From the IMG/VR virus record IMGVR_UViG_3300020045_005404, positions 1 to 48,012 of that record: 48,012 bases of DNA, one strand, 5' to 3'. Source of the DNA: a virus. Lineage: Duplodnaviria; Caudoviricetes. The position numbers and the translations under genes were made by a program. A model generated the notes under the pieces. It did not search any database. It was not told the DNA's origin and saw only the letters and a list, made by a program, of their open reading frames with translations. Below, one piece after another: positions 47,458-48,012 of the stretch. The stretch's first letter is position 1; each line of letters opens with the position of its first letter.

Positions 47458-47838
47458 TTAGAACGGCAAATCCAAATCCTCTTCTTCTACTGCGTTAGTA
47501 CTAGGTTTAAATGCTTCTGCTGATGGCATTGCAGGTTTTTCTGTATTTGATTCAGATTTAAATACTTTCCAAGCGTCAAGGGTATTAAACCATCTTCTGT
47601 TTTCTTCTGGTTCGCCATCTTTTAAATAAGAACGACCTTTTAAATTGTAATCAATGTCCACAAATTGACCTTCTTTATTAAATTCAATAAAATTATCTGC
47701 TCTATCTTGCGATACTTCAAATTGAACTTCTTGTGGATATTGACTATCTAACTTTACAATAAACTCAACTTTTTTATAAGTATCAGTTACTTGTTGTAAA
47801 GCTTTAATTTTAATAATTTGTACATTTTTTAATTCCAT
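47458..47838 (-). CDS. DUF3127-family (SSB-like) protein with acidic DLPF tail
   Basis: QYPQEVQFE, NLKGR, FNTLDAWKV. Confidence 0.85.
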   Translation of the reverse strand: MELKNVQIIKIKALQQVTDTYKKVEFIVKLDSQYPQEVQFEVSQDRADNFIEFNKEGQFVDIDYNLKGRSYLKDGEPEENRRWFNTLDAWKVFKSESNTEKPAMPSAEAFKPSTNAVEEEDLDLPF

Positions 47839-48012
47839 AATTATATATTTTTAATTGTTTTTACTTTAGCAAATCTACAACCTTTATATTTATATACAAA
47901 ATTAAATACGTTATTTATATTAATTTTAAATTACTAAATTAAATACGTACTAATTAAAAAATACATTATCTTTGTTAAAACAATTTAAGATATGAAAAAA
48001 ATACACAACGAA

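Noticed and set aside
44021-48012. Genuine second head module or satellite within the phage
   Set aside because: Genes are truncated at both microhomology junctions, composition changes abruptly, and the main genome already closes at the repeat

Overview
Positions 1-~44021 look like a complete, circularly permuted ~43.9 kb siphovirus-type phage genome. A Bacteroidota (Flavobacterium-like) host is inferred from TAnnTTTG promoters, a DUF3127-like gene and Gln+1 signal peptides. Almost every gene is on the + strand: recombination/replication (YqaJ-like exonuclease, DUF3127, SF2 helicase, primase-helicase, VRR-NUC), MTase, terS/terL, portal, scaffold, head, tail, tape measure, fibres, lysis, then early small genes. 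I saw no integrase or repressor. The ends join inside a Ser-Ala-Ala-X tandem-repeat gene (1-99 matches 43923-44021 with one mismatch). Two foreign minus-strand phage fragments follow (44021-46090 portal/scaffold/capsid; 46077-48012 recombination module), joined by microhomologies and probably assembly chimeras. Main observations: (1) terL has CGC-TGA-CGT inside its Walker A motif, the pattern expected for a ribosomal stop-hop; (2) five promoter-proximal leaders share a covarying pairing between a 5' segment and the loop of a terminator-like hairpin, a candidate undescribed cis-regulatory RNA family; (3) 22 GGWCC sites cluster in the replication module; (4) two tail-fibre/depolymerase-like genes carry Sec-type signal peptides; (5) there are two tRNA-mimic-like RNAs. 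All family calls come from recognising motifs by eye; no database search was run.
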